Shown in pieces: positions 1 through 8,547 of a stretch of 64,000 nt of DNA. The first letter of the stretch is position 1. Each line of letters begins with the position of its first letter. Both the position numbers and the translations under genes were made by a program. Source of the stretch: a virus (lineage: Duplodnaviria; Heunggongvirae; Uroviricota; Caudoviricetes); the IMG/VR virus record IMGVR_UViG_3300017705_000602; one strand, 5' to 3'. The notes beneath the pieces are model-generated. The model searched no databases. It was not told the origin of the DNA and worked only from the letters and a program-made list of their open reading frames with translations.

Positions 1-7
1 ACCGAAC

Positions 8-457
8 GTGTCGACGAATGGCGAACATATCAGGCAATCAACAACCGCCCGAATCGCAAATCATTTGCAGTATGGATCGAACAAGCAGAAATCAAAAGGA
101 AAGAATATGAGCAGTCAAGGTGAAGTTGCACAAGCATGGGATGCACTGGTAGCGCGTATCGAAACACTGTTACGCAATCACAAAAAACGAAATTACAAAT
201 TGTCAAAAATAACAACCGAGCAAAAGCTTATCATTTTTGTTGATCGTGAAACTCAGCAGGTACTTGCTAAACTTTCCATTGACACTCGATATAAAAAAGT
301 TTTAGAAAAAGATGAGAAAATGGTTGACTTTTTTTCTCAAGATGCTAAAATAGAAGACATAGTTAAGCAGATAGATTGTTTTAAAACACTCGAAACTGCT
401 TTGCTATCTTACCGTAATGCAGAGCGAGGAAATGCTGTGTACAATCGGTTAAATTAA
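8..457 (+). CDS. hypothetical protein (may be 5'-extended beyond window)
   Basis: 149-aa ORF on the dominant + strand; basic N-terminus; no recognisable motif. Confidence 0.45.
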   Translation: MSTNGEHIRQSTTARIANHLQYGSNKQKSKGKNMSSQGEVAQAWDALVARIETLLRNHKKRNYKLSKITTEQKLIIFVDRETQQVLAKLSIDTRYKKVLEKDEKMVDFFSQDAKIEDIVKQIDCFKTLETALLSYRNAERGNAVYNRLN

Positions 458-738
458 AGAAAAATAAAATGATAAAGAAAAGTCAATTTTGTAGTTTAGG
501 ACAATACATTACACGAAATATAAGTATATAAATAGAGAATAGGCTAACACATTCTAGAACGTGAGGCCATGTTAGATTCCTAAAAATCGAAACTAAAAGT
601 GCTACGTACACTACATCACGGAAGATGTGCCACTAAACATTTGTTTATGCTGTACAAGGAAAGTAGCACGGGAGACAAAGGGCCACAAGGCCCTTTTCTT
701 TTGATAAATACACAAAACTATTATGGAATTGTGTATAA

Positions 739-1455
739 ATGACTTATAGAGCAAACGGAGTGTTATTCGACAACTTGTTCGAAGCAGGAACGTCGGGTAC
801 TATCAACTACTCAGAAACCGGGACAAATTTCTCGAATATCTATCGAGGTCTAGAAAAGGACCAGCGCATACCTGATATCGGATATCGTAACAACGGAACT
901 GATCTTGCCCGTTTACTTAAAGGGAATATTTCTCAATATGCAAATACCTTGGAATTAACAACTTCGAGAACCACTGCTTGGAACGGAGGCATATTTTACG
1001 ATGTTGATGTTTCTTTCCCATCAACTACTGCCATTAACAACTTTTTTATATTTGGTGGACGTATTATAATGTCTGCATCAAGAACCGGTGGTTCGTCAAC
1101 TGCAAAAAATGCCGAATGGACCAGCCTGTTAAACGATGCAGGGAACATTGAACTGGCACGATCAGCAACATACAAAAACACCGAAACACAAGTATCGGGC
1201 ATAGGATATCTTGACCTTACAGGTTCCTACCAGTTGTTATACACCGAAACAGGATCGTCACCGTACACAACTGCGTTATACAGAATTTATGCATACATGT
1301 TAACTACAACCACTGTTCGTATACGTGTAAGATTCGACGATGGCGCATCGGGTGTAATTGACGAAAACATCGACGGCACAATCACAAGCTTTATTAACGA
1401 ACGCCGCCATCCGACACAAACTGCCCCGTCGTATAGCAGAGTCGGAGGTCTATAA
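739..1455 (+). CDS. hypothetical protein, Gly/Thr/Ser/Asn-rich beta-type composition (possible fibre/adhesin-like)
   Basis: 238-aa ORF; composition typical of receptor-binding/fibre tips; no catalytic motif seen. Confidence 0.45.
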   Translation: MTYRANGVLFDNLFEAGTSGTINYSETGTNFSNIYRGLEKDQRIPDIGYRNNGTDLARLLKGNISQYANTLELTTSRTTAWNGGIFYDVDVSFPSTTAINNFFIFGGRIIMSASRTGGSSTAKNAEWTSLLNDAGNIELARSATYKNTETQVSGIGYLDLTGSYQLLYTETGSSPYTTALYRIYAYMLTTTTVRIRVRFDDGASGVIDENIDGTITSFINERRHPTQTAPSYSRVGGL

Positions 1456-1459
1456 CAGT

Positions 1460-2296
1460 ATGTACCAGCTCGATCTAGACAAGTACAATCGTATCTTTAC
1501 TTTCGGATGCAGTTATACTAACTTTGCATGGGACACATGGGCAAACCTATTAGCAAGCCAATTTCCTGACAAAGAGTTTTATAACTTTGGTAAATCTGGC
1601 GTTGGCAATTACTATATTGCTAACATGCTGATGCAAGTAGACGAACACTACAACTTTACTTCGTCGGATTTAGTATTGATATGTTGGTCATTTCCAGAAA
1701 GAGAAGACCGCATTATCGATGAGTACAAAGGAAACCGCATTGTGTGGACCAATTCCGGCAGTGTGTACTCGAGCGTTTTCTTAGATGAAAATTTTATAAA
1801 CAAGTATGCTAATCCAGTGCATTACCAAATGCAGTCATTGACTGTCATGAAGTTAGTAGAAAATTTCTTCAAAAGTAAACAGCTAGATTATGCTCCGTTT
1901 ATAACAAACAGCTTACATGATAAAAAACTATCACTAGATCAGCCATACGACCACCCGTACGTGCTATCAAGACATTCGTTCAAAGACATGATACATAAAG
2001 TACAAGCATATCCGAGCATGCACGAAATACTCTGGAACGATGACATCACAGTAAAAGAACGTGCAATGGCAAAACAGTACAAAGATTTTCGTGATACACA
2101 CCCCTCTCCACAAGAGCATGCAGATGTATTAAAAGCAGTGTTTGATTATCAGTGGAACGAGCCAGCATTAACTGAGCGTGTACAACAATCAACTGACGCC
2201 ATGAACGAAGGAATAGCCAGCGGCGATATATACACAAAAAGGTGGAGAAAAGTCACATACGAATCGATGCCCACTATCAAACGTATTATTCGTTGA
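1460..2296 (+). CDS. hypothetical protein (possible SGNH/GDSL-like or sulfotransferase-like fold)
   Basis: ATG at 1460 after GGAGG (1444-1448); motifs FGCSYT and FGKSGVG resemble SGNH block I/II variants. The track ORF 1358.. would overlap the upstream gene by 98 nt. Confidence 0.4.
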   Translation: MYQLDLDKYNRIFTFGCSYTNFAWDTWANLLASQFPDKEFYNFGKSGVGNYYIANMLMQVDEHYNFTSSDLVLICWSFPEREDRIIDEYKGNRIVWTNSGSVYSSVFLDENFINKYANPVHYQMQSLTVMKLVENFFKSKQLDYAPFITNSLHDKKLSLDQPYDHPYVLSRHSFKDMIHKVQAYPSMHEILWNDDITVKERAMAKQYKDFRDTHPSPQEHADVLKAVFDYQWNEPALTERVQQSTDAMNEGIASGDIYTKRWRKVTYESMPTIKRIIR

Positions 2297-2473
2297 CTTT
2301 TCCAGAAAACCATGTATAATAGATTCAAGATAGATAAATAAAACTAAACAAAAGGACTAGTTTATGTTTAACGAACACGATAGAGATGGTCTAGTAGGAC
2401 AAGAACAAGACCACGGATTTATTACCGCCCAAGAAGAACTTTGGGATTAATTTTAAAAAGATTAAAAAAACGG

Positions 2474-2502
2474 TTGACATTCGTATAAAGTTGTCATATA
2501 AT
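2474..2502 (+). promoter_or_regulatory. sigma70-type promoter TTGACA-17-TATAAT
   Basis: TTGACA at 2474-2479, TATAAT at 2497-2502, 17-nt spacer. Confidence 0.5.
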
Positions 2503-2568
2503 AGCACCATAACGTTAGAGTTTAGATAAATAAAACTGTAACAAAAACTAATAACCGAAGAGAGAAAT

Positions 2569-2721
2569 ATGTTTTCAATAATAAATCAATTACCAACTAC
2601 AATGCAACAGTCGATTGAATCGATTGCGGGTACTGTGCTGGCGAACGATTTTAGTCGAGAGCATAATAAGCCGTATACGGCATCCGGTTGTTTTATAAAT
2701 GATGATTGGCCTAGCGTTTAA
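2569..2721 (+). CDS. small hypothetical protein (50 aa)
   Basis: ATG with GAGAG upstream, between the promoter at 2474 and the terminator at 2744. Confidence 0.25.
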   Translation: MFSIINQLPTTMQQSIESIAGTVLANDFSREHNKPYTASGCFINDDWPSV

Positions 2722-2743
2722 CTAGAGTCAGTAGATTTACAAA

Positions 2744-2771
2744 ACAACCGCTTATAACAAGCGGTTTTTTT
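2744..2771 (+). terminator. rho-independent terminator
   Basis: hairpin aaccgc-ttataaca-agcggtt followed by T7. Confidence 0.7.
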
Positions 2772-2912
2772 ATGTCTGTATAACCAGACCTTTGCGACAA
2801 TACTGCAAAGTACGTTCATTAACAATTTGGAATATTACCTTAAAAATTGAAAGTGCCGAAAGCATTTGCCTAGGCACTATCAATTCTTAACTATTCGAAA
2901 GAATACTTAGGT

Positions 2913-2985
2913 GTGACTGTAGCTCAATTGGCAGAGCCCCTGGATGTGACCTAGGAAGACGCGGGATCGTTGCCCGTCAGTCACC
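2913..2985 (+). tRNA. tRNA-His (anticodon GTG)
   Basis: acceptor gtgactg/cagtcac, D-arm gctc..gagc, anticodon loop atGTGac, T-arm gcggg..cccgt; flanked by inverted repeat atacttagg/cctaagtat. Confidence 0.7.
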
Positions 2986-3000
2986 CCTAAGTATTTTTAC

Positions 3001-3076
3001 GTTCCGTTCATCTAGCGGTTTAGGATATTGCCCTTTCAAGGCAAGTACACGGGTTCGAATCCCGTACGGAACACCA
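3001..3076 (+). tRNA. tRNA-Glu (anticodon TTC)
   Basis: acceptor gttccgt/acggaac, anticodon stem ttgcc/ggcaa with loop ctTTCaa, T-loop ttcgaat, encoded CCA. Confidence 0.8.
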
Positions 3077-3086
3077 TTTTTCAATC

Positions 3087-3159
3087 GCGGGGTGGACTGG
3101 AGTTGGTTCCAGCTCAGGCTCATAACCTGAACGACGGGGGTTCGAATCCCTCCTCCGCA
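3087..3159 (+). tRNA. tRNA with CAT anticodon (Met or Ile-lysidine type), copy 1
   Basis: anticodon stem tcagg/cctga, loop ctCATaa, T-loop ttcgaat, acceptor gcggggt/cctccgc with one mismatch. Confidence 0.65.
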
Positions 3160-3214
3160 TCCAAATTTATTGTTTTGTGATAAATACAAATAAATTATTT
3201 ACAAGGCAGTACAA

Positions 3215-3697
3215 ATGAGATTAAGCGAAATATTAACAGAAGCACCCGATCAAGGTTGGTTAACCGGCCCAGATATCGAAGTCGAAGTTATCGACTACAG
3301 TACAAGTGAAGTAAAACTTGTTTTGGGCATAGGCGAAGATGCTGACATTGTTGTTGATGCATATATTGATGTTGATGCAAGAGTCGAAGATCATAGCTTT
3401 GGATACGAATACGGATCGATATCAGGAACACATGAAGATTATTCACACGAAGGCGAAATATCTGTAAAGGACATTGATTTAGATATCGATGATCGCAGTA
3501 CTACTAAAAAAGCCGCACAGCTTTTGCGTGTGCCAGGCAGACAATCGTTAAATCCTGTTGTGTTACAAAAATATTTGTATCATGCATTCAAGGGTGGCGA
3601 GAAGGCTTTTACTAGTTTTATTGAAACGTATATCGATGAAACATTAGGTGAAGATTTAATTAACAGCGAAATCGAAAGTCGCAAAGACGACTATTAA
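3215..3697 (+). CDS. hypothetical acidic protein
   Basis: 160-aa ORF rich in Asp/Glu; no motif recognised. Confidence 0.5.
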   Translation: MRLSEILTEAPDQGWLTGPDIEVEVIDYSTSEVKLVLGIGEDADIVVDAYIDVDARVEDHSFGYEYGSISGTHEDYSHEGEISVKDIDLDIDDRSTTKKAAQLLRVPGRQSLNPVVLQKYLYHAFKGGEKAFTSFIETYIDETLGEDLINSEIESRKDDY

Positions 3698-3698
3698 C

Positions 3699-3989
3699 AT
3701 GAACGTTAATGTAAAAAAGACTCTAACTACACTGATAACCATTCTGCCATTGTTGGCTTTGCTTGGAACAGGCGCTATGTGGGTTGATACACGTTATATG
3801 CATAAGCAAATATCCGATACAAGATATATTGATTTGCAAATAAAAATAGTTCAAGGGCACATTAGAGAGTACGAAAGATTAAAAACTTCGGATGCTCCGT
3901 TGACAATGTCAGACGAAAGCAACTACAACACCGACTTGCGACAACTTGATAATTTGCTAAGTGAACGTAACAAGTTGTTGGGTATATGA
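3699..3989 (+). CDS. hypothetical membrane-anchored protein
   Basis: N-terminal hydrophobic segment LTTLITILPLLALLGTGAMW; start overlaps upstream stop. Confidence 0.5.
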   Translation: MNVNVKKTLTTLITILPLLALLGTGAMWVDTRYMHKQISDTRYIDLQIKIVQGHIREYERLKTSDAPLTMSDESNYNTDLRQLDNLLSERNKLLGI

Positions 3990-4234
3990 AAACATTATTA
4001 ATCGCAGTATTTTTATTTTTTGCATTAACTGCTAGTGCAAACACACCACCTGTTTACCAGGAAAACGCAATCGCAAATAACGGTGTTAGTGTAATACGTC
4101 TAGTGAACACTACACCTTATGCAGTCAGTTGTTGGTTAAGAGACGAATATACATTCACTTCGTTTGTTGTGCCCGGTCAGCGTGTAAGTTTATGGTATCC
4201 AATTTACGGATACTACGAATGGTACTGCGAATAA
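3986..4234 (+). CDS. small secreted protein
   Basis: signal-peptide-like N-terminus MKTLLIAVFLFFALTASA; ATGA overlap with upstream gene. Confidence 0.5.
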   Translation: MKTLLIAVFLFFALTASANTPPVYQENAIANNGVSVIRLVNTTPYAVSCWLRDEYTFTSFVVPGQRVSLWYPIYGYYEWYCE

Positions 4235-4241
4235 CTTCTTT

Positions 4242-4318
4242 AGTGGTATAGCTCAGTTGGTCAGAGCGTTCCCCTGATAAGGGAAAGGTCGCTGGTTCGA
4301 TTCCAGCTATCACTACCA
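4242..4318 (+). tRNA. tRNA-Ile (anticodon GAT)
   Basis: anticodon stem ttccc/gggaa, loop ctGATaa, T-arm gctgg ttcgatt ccagc, CCA encoded. Confidence 0.8.
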
Positions 4319-4434
4319 ATTAATCATTGACATGATAAAATGCATTGTATATACTTACTGTGCAATATATCACTGTAAGTGATATAAAAAAAGAACTGCG
4401 ATGTATAGAAAGCAGTTACAAGAGTAAGAAATTT

Positions 4435-4511
4435 CGGGATTTAGCACAGTCTGGTAGTGCGCACCGTTTGGGACGGTGAGGTCGCAGGTTCGAGCCCTGC
4501 AATCCCGACCA
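4435..4511 (+). tRNA. tRNA-Pro (anticodon TGG)
   Basis: acceptor cgggatt/aatcccg, anticodon stem caccg/cggtg, loop ttTGGga, CCA encoded. Confidence 0.8.
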
Positions 4512-4516
4512 GTTTT

Positions 4517-4592
4517 GTCCCTATAGCTCAGCGTGCAGAGCGTTCGACTCATAATCGATTGGTCCCTGGTTCGAATCCAGGTGGGGGCACCA
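4517..4592 (+). tRNA. tRNA with CAT anticodon, copy 2
   Basis: D-arm gctc agcgtgca gagc, loop ctCATaa, T-arm cctgg ttcgaat ccagg, acceptor with two G-U pairs, CCA encoded. Confidence 0.7.
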
Positions 4593-4608
4593 TTTCAAGG
4601 AATGCACA

Positions 4609-4941
4609 ATGTGGGAACAAGGTAGACAAGGTACCGGGTATCTTAAACGCAAGATATTTCAGTTTGCAAACGGTTGGTTTGCACTAGATTGTTATATACT
4701 TAAATACCCTGAGAAATCTTATATACCACCGCATACTGATCCGATACCGGGTCACAAGCATTTTAGATTGAACATTGTCTTAAAGAAAGCAAAAGTCGGC
4801 GGCAACGTATATTATTTTAACACCCGCTGTTATAGAAGAATTATGTTGTTTAGACCAGATTATATTGAACACGAAGTAAGCCAAGTACAACGAGGCGAAA
4901 GAATTGTGTTATCGATAGGTCTAGCAACTAAAAAAGTTTAA
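4609..4941 (+). CDS. small 2OG-Fe(II) oxygenase-like protein (paralog of 18452..18808)
   Basis: HxD...H-type signature YIPPHTDPIPGHKHFRLNIVL; same pattern in the paralog (FIPKHKDPSKYGKHYRFNITL). Confidence 0.5.
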   Translation: MWEQGRQGTGYLKRKIFQFANGWFALDCYILKYPEKSYIPPHTDPIPGHKHFRLNIVLKKAKVGGNVYYFNTRCYRRIMLFRPDYIEHEVSQVQRGERIVLSIGLATKKV

Positions 4942-5025
4942 GGAGTGGCTGAGCATTGGCGAGCTCACTTGGTTGTAACCCAAACGCCCCTGGCTGTGTC
5001 CGTTCGACTCGGACCTGCTCCACCA
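4942..5025 (+). tRNA. tRNA-Tyr (anticodon GTA), class II long variable arm
   Basis: acceptor ggagtgg/ctgctcc, loop ttGTAac, long variable arm, T-arm gtccg ttcgact cggac, CCA. Confidence 0.7.
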
Positions 5026-5030
5026 TATAA

Positions 5031-5105
5031 GCCTCCAAAGCATTAGTGGCGATGCACCGGTTTTGTAATCCGGGGAATTCAGTTCGATTCTGGATGGAGG
5101 CACCA
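5031..5105 (+). tRNA. tRNA-Thr (anticodon TGT; Gln TTG not excluded)
   Basis: acceptor gcctcca/tggaggc perfect, loop tTTGTAa region, T-loop ttcgatt, CCA; anticodon register ambiguous by hand. Confidence 0.6.
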
Positions 5106-5122
5106 AATACAAAGGTAAGCAC

Positions 5123-5440
5123 ATGTCACTTTATGCAATTGTATACGACGATAACGGATCTAGAAAGTTTTGCCATGCAGACGGTACTGCGTACTTTGGG
5201 CTCGATCGCGCCGAGCTAACAAAAACATGCGCCGAAATAATAAAAAAAATGAAATGGCAGCTTGACTGTTCTCCGGTAACTATCCAAGGATTTTTGTCAT
5301 GTCGTGTTGAACGAACTGGCACCTTAACACCGGAGACACAAGCAAGATATAGCACGATGTTAGAAAGCATCCGTGTTGTAAAAGTTACCGAAATGTCATT
5401 TGACGATGGTGTAGAATTACCAGAGAAAACAAATGAATGA
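5123..5440 (+). CDS. hypothetical protein
   Basis: 105-aa ORF with AAAGG RBS; preferred over the antisense ORF 5131..5562 by strand consistency. Confidence 0.45.
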   Translation: MSLYAIVYDDNGSRKFCHADGTAYFGLDRAELTKTCAEIIKKMKWQLDCSPVTIQGFLSCRVERTGTLTPETQARYSTMLESIRVVKVTEMSFDDGVELPEKTNE

Positions 5441-5597
5441 TAAACTAATAAAGGCGTTGCACGAATACAAGCCAACGCAACAAGACGTTCGTGAATTTGC
5501 AAAAAGTGTTCGAGAGCAAGAAGAGCAGTATTGTAAAACGACACGAAAATTAACTCCGACACAAGCAGATCGCAATCGATACTACAACATGTAAAGG
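5433..5597 (+). CDS. small hypothetical protein (54 aa)
   Basis: ATG overlapping upstream stop, GAGAAAA upstream; below the ORF-track cutoff. Confidence 0.3.
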
Positions 5598-5604
5598 TAA
5601 TGAA

Positions 5605-5793
5605 ATGCGAAAGCAGTCAGTGCGCAATAAAAGAAAGCAGTCGATAGCATTTAAAGAATACCGACTATGGTATAAAAGTTTAGGCATCGACCTTGAAAAT
5701 ACTTCGCTTGTACAAGGCAGAGCGCTTACTAAAACCGAAACTGACGACGGTGAAATAATTCATCCGTTTACATACATTTACGAAAAGAATTAA
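5605..5793 (+). CDS. small hypothetical basic protein
   Basis: 62-aa ORF, AAAGG RBS 7 nt upstream. Confidence 0.35.
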   Translation: MRKQSVRNKRKQSIAFKEYRLWYKSLGIDLENTSLVQGRALTKTETDDGEIIHPFTYIYEKN

Positions 5794-5794
5794 A

Positions 5795-5865
5795 GGGGCG
5801 CGTCATGGATGCGGATGATCGTTTGCAACGATTAGAGCGGGGTTCGATTCCCCGGTGCTCCACCA
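5795..5865 (+). tRNA. tRNA-Ala (anticodon TGC)
   Basis: anticodon stem gatcg/cgatt, loop ttTGCaa, T-arm cgggg ttcgatt ccccg, acceptor ggggcgc/gtgctcc with G-U pairs, CCA; D-arm irregular. Confidence 0.55.
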
Positions 5866-5932
5866 CATAAAGGAATGCTATGTTTTATTTTGAACTAGAT
5901 ATCCGATCATGTATTAACATGAGGATATCAAA

Positions 5933-6142
5933 ATGCACAGAAAAGGTCATAGCAACAGCGGATGGGTTCGCTTACTAAAACAAGTTAGCCAATCCGATTT
6001 TGAATATCGCGAATACTGCGTAAAACGTATTCGCTACAAATCATATTATGATACAGTTTACGATGGTGTACAGTGGGATCACCCTTACCGCACCAAGCCA
6101 CAACGTTCGTGGAAAACGTACCGTAAAGCACAGTTTAAGTAG
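5933..6142 (+). CDS. small hypothetical protein
   Basis: 69-aa ORF; 3' end abuts tRNA-Val. Confidence 0.35.
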   Translation: MHRKGHSNSGWVRLLKQVSQSDFEYREYCVKRIRYKSYYDTVYDGVQWDHPYRTKPQRSWKTYRKAQFK

Positions 6143-6215
6143 TCCGGTAACTCAGAGGCAGAGTGTCGTCTTTACACGGCGAAGGTCGGGATTTCGAAAT
6201 TCCCCCGGACTACCA
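6141..6215 (+). tRNA. tRNA-Val (anticodon TAC)
   Basis: acceptor agtccgg/ccggact, D-arm actc..gagt, loop ttTACac, CCA. Confidence 0.7.
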
Positions 6216-6258
6216 AAGTATTTTGTAGTAACTTTGATAACTTAACTAATGGACTAGA

Positions 6259-6513
6259 ATGAAACTAGAATTAAACAGAGTTACTTCGCATTTAAGAATC
6301 TTTATCGACGACAACAAGTCAACAGACAATAGAGATCCTTACGACACTATAATTACTGTTCAGCACATAAGTGATACAGAAGTACACTTGTCTGGACTTA
6401 AAGGTGTCATGAATAGAGAAATACTTAAAGAGATTGAACAGTTCTTTCGTGAACAAGGTGTTACCACTGTAACATTCGAAAGGCACGGAAAACAGCAATC
6501 TCGTAAAGATTAA
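6259..6513 (+). CDS. small hypothetical protein
   Basis: 84-aa ORF between tRNAs. Confidence 0.4.
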   Translation: MKLELNRVTSHLRIFIDDNKSTDNRDPYDTIITVQHISDTEVHLSGLKGVMNREILKEIEQFFREQGVTTVTFERHGKQQSRKD

Positions 6514-6514
6514 T

Positions 6515-6608
6515 GGAAGGTGACACGCCGAGATGGTCGGTGTCCTGGTCTTGAAAACCAGTGGAACCCTTGACGGGGTTTGGGGATCGTGCCCTCCGCC
6601 TTCCGCCA
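6515..6608 (+). tRNA. tRNA-Ser (anticodon TGA), class II
   Basis: anticodon stem ctggt/accag, loop ctTGAaa, long variable arm, acceptor ggaaggt/gccttcc, CCA; 94 nt. Confidence 0.65.
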
Positions 6609-6625
6609 TATAAAAGGTAGACAAA

Positions 6626-6892
6626 ATGACAATGAATGCGTATTATTGTTTAAGATGCGAACATCCTAACAATTGCAAGTGCGAAGACAAATCGAAAACA
6701 TTTCGGTATTCGCACAAGTTAAGAGTTCCTACATCGACCAAGAACAAAGTTAAGTTTAGAAAGTTCTTGGATGATTGTCCGATATTTGCTAATTGTGTAC
6801 CAGACGAGTTACAAGAAGATTTTCGTAACTTGTTAAGAAAAGTCAAGTACACCGGCCGTGAAATAAACGGTCACAAGTGGACAAAAGTTTAA
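6626..6892 (+). CDS. small Cys-rich (zinc-finger-like) protein
   Basis: 88 aa with CLRCEH..CKCED and C..C pairs. Confidence 0.45.
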   Translation: MTMNAYYCLRCEHPNNCKCEDKSKTFRYSHKLRVPTSTKNKVKFRKFLDDCPIFANCVPDELQEDFRNLLRKVKYTGREINGHKWTKV

Positions 6893-6893
6893 T

Positions 6894-6952
6894 GCCCTGG
6901 TAGCTCAGTTGGATTAGAGCATGCCGCTACGAACGGTAAGGCCGCAGGTTCA
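6894..6952 (+). pseudogene. tRNA-Arg (anticodon ACG) 5' fragment, truncated inside the T-loop at the HNH gene boundary
   Basis: intact acceptor 5' strand, D-arm, anticodon arm tgccg-ctACGaa-cggta and T-stem 5' strand gcagg-ttca; sequence then runs into tgataaatatatgcATG; no matching 3' acceptor found. Confidence 0.55.
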
Positions 6953-6966
6953 TGATAAATATATGC

Positions 6967-7644
6967 ATGGACTATACAAAACATTATGACGCCCTTATCG
7001 AACGTGCAAAACAGCGTGTGTTAACATGCTATACAGAAAACCATCATGTGATACCGAAATGCTTAGGTGGCAACGATACCAAAGAAAACATCGTGATGTT
7101 ACTACCGGAAGAACACTATGTAGCGCATCAGCTATTGGTAAAAATTTATCCTGGTAGTAAACAGCTTTTGTATGCGGCACTAATGATGACAGTTTCATCG
7201 GCAAGTGTTAAGCGTAAAAATAAAGCTTATAAATGGTTAAAAGAAAAATACCACTTGGTGTGCAAAGAAAGAACCGGTGTAAAAAATCCATCGTATGGTA
7301 AACCTTGGTATCACAATCCAGAAAATGGCGAATCGGGTAAATTTGAAGAAGATCAGCAACCCGTTGGATGGGTTAGAGGTCGAGTAAAGAAACCTAAAAG
7401 ATATTGCATTAAATGCAACACAGAAATTAATACATCTGTTGCTAAATGGTGCAACGAATGTAGACCAAAGAAAACTAAGAGTGTAATACGATCGGCTAAA
7501 CAAAAAGAAAAGTATTCTGAAGCTGATAAAATTAAAGCACTTAAAGAAAATAACGGTAATATAAGGCAGGCACTTTATAGCTTAGGTTTAAACGACAGCG
7601 GCTGGCATTATCGTAAAATGAAAGATTTATTAAGTAAGATTTGA
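6967..7644 (+). CDS. HNH homing endonuclease (paralog of 19865..20563)
   Basis: HHVIPKCLGGNDTKENIVML..EEHYVAH HNH motif, C-terminal CxxC..CxxC; start chosen by alignment with the paralog (MDYTKHYD / MDYKKLYY). Confidence 0.8.
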   Translation: MDYTKHYDALIERAKQRVLTCYTENHHVIPKCLGGNDTKENIVMLLPEEHYVAHQLLVKIYPGSKQLLYAALMMTVSSASVKRKNKAYKWLKEKYHLVCKERTGVKNPSYGKPWYHNPENGESGKFEEDQQPVGWVRGRVKKPKRYCIKCNTEINTSVAKWCNECRPKKTKSVIRSAKQKEKYSEADKIKALKENNGNIRQALYSLGLNDSGWHYRKMKDLLSKI

Positions 7645-7724
7645 GCGGTTGTATTCCCTCTGGCTACGAACCAGTTGAAAGGATAATTGGACACATGTAG
7701 GTTCGACTCCTACCTGCCGCGCCA
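7645..7724 (+). other. tRNA-like element immediately after the HNH stop codon (irregular; probable tRNA remnant or atypical tRNA)
   Basis: perfect T-arm gtagg ttcgact cctac, 3' acceptor ctgccgc + g + CCA, and a hairpin ctgg-ctACGaa-ccag carrying the same Arg-ACG anticodon loop as 6894 fragment; no room for a normal D-arm. Confidence 0.35.
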
Positions 7725-7732
7725 CTAACAAT

Positions 7733-7808
7733 GCGTCTGTAACTCAGTTGGTAGAGTGATGGTTTGAAGTACCATTGGTCGCTGGTTCGAACCCAGCCGG
7801 GCGCACCA
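7733..7808 (+). tRNA. tRNA-Phe (anticodon GAA)
   Basis: D-arm actc agttggta gagt, anticodon stem atggt/accat, loop ttGAAgt, T-arm gctgg ttcgaac ccagc, CCA. Confidence 0.8.
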
Positions 7809-7822
7809 TATTTAGGATAGAC

Positions 7823-8038
7823 ATGGATATCGAAGAGAAAACATTACTCAAGCTGTTTGAAATGAGGCACGGAGTATTAGCAAACAATTTTCACACTGAT
7901 ATCGAATATAACGACCCGACCATGATGGACCGTGCAGTAGGCGTAAATGTTTACAAAAACGGTGATTTTGTTTGGTCAGAGTCGGCAGTCAGTTTGTTGC
8001 TTTGGCACACTGGTAAACAATTAGGTATAAAAGAATGA
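7823..8038 (+). CDS. small hypothetical protein
   Basis: start moved to first ATG after tRNA-Phe; stop overlaps downstream start. Confidence 0.4.
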   Translation: MDIEEKTLLKLFEMRHGVLANNFHTDIEYNDPTMMDRAVGVNVYKNGDFVWSESAVSLLLWHTGKQLGIKE

Positions 8039-8481
8039 AACTGAGTTATAAAGATTGCGGCGTTATCGGATTTACTTGTAGTACATTTGATTTATTGCAT
8101 GCAGGTCATGTAGCAATGTTAGAAGAAGCAAAACGACAATGCGACTTCTTGATCGTAGGATTACAAAATGATCCGACTTTAGACAGACCAGTGCAAAAGA
8201 ATCCTCCTGTCCAAAGCTTAGTTGAACGCCAGATACAGTTAAGCGCAGTCAAGTTTGTTGACGATCTAGTGGTCTATAACACCGAAAAGGATCTTGAAGA
8301 TCTGTTGCTAACATTGCCAATTGCGGTTAGAATACTAGGTGTCGAATACGAGGACAAAGAATTCACTGGTAGAAAAATATGCCAGGACAAAGGAATCAAG
8401 TTGTTCTTTAACACACGAGATCACAGCTTTAGTAGCACCAGTTTAAGACAACGTGTAGCAGACTCGCAAAACGCAAAATAA
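8035..8481 (+). CDS. cytidylyltransferase-fold nucleotidyltransferase, RfaE/HldE domain II-like (heptose-1-phosphate adenylyltransferase family)
   Basis: HIGH motif FTCSTFDLLHAGHV; downstream LIVGLQNDPTLDRPVQKNPPVQSLVERQ mirrors HldE-II LIVAVNSD...RPVNPLEQR. Confidence 0.7.
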   Translation: MKLSYKDCGVIGFTCSTFDLLHAGHVAMLEEAKRQCDFLIVGLQNDPTLDRPVQKNPPVQSLVERQIQLSAVKFVDDLVVYNTEKDLEDLLLTLPIAVRILGVEYEDKEFTGRKICQDKGIKLFFNTRDHSFSSTSLRQRVADSQNAK

Positions 8482-8547
8482 GGTTGTAATAACACCATAA
8501 AACGTGTAATATTACAACTCAATAACAGAAACGGTGTAACGACAGCT

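Noticed and set aside
5131-5562. 143-aa minus-strand ORF
   Set aside because: It overlaps two + strand ORFs that have RBSs. The window shows near-exclusive + strand coding, and the ORF has no RBS or motif.
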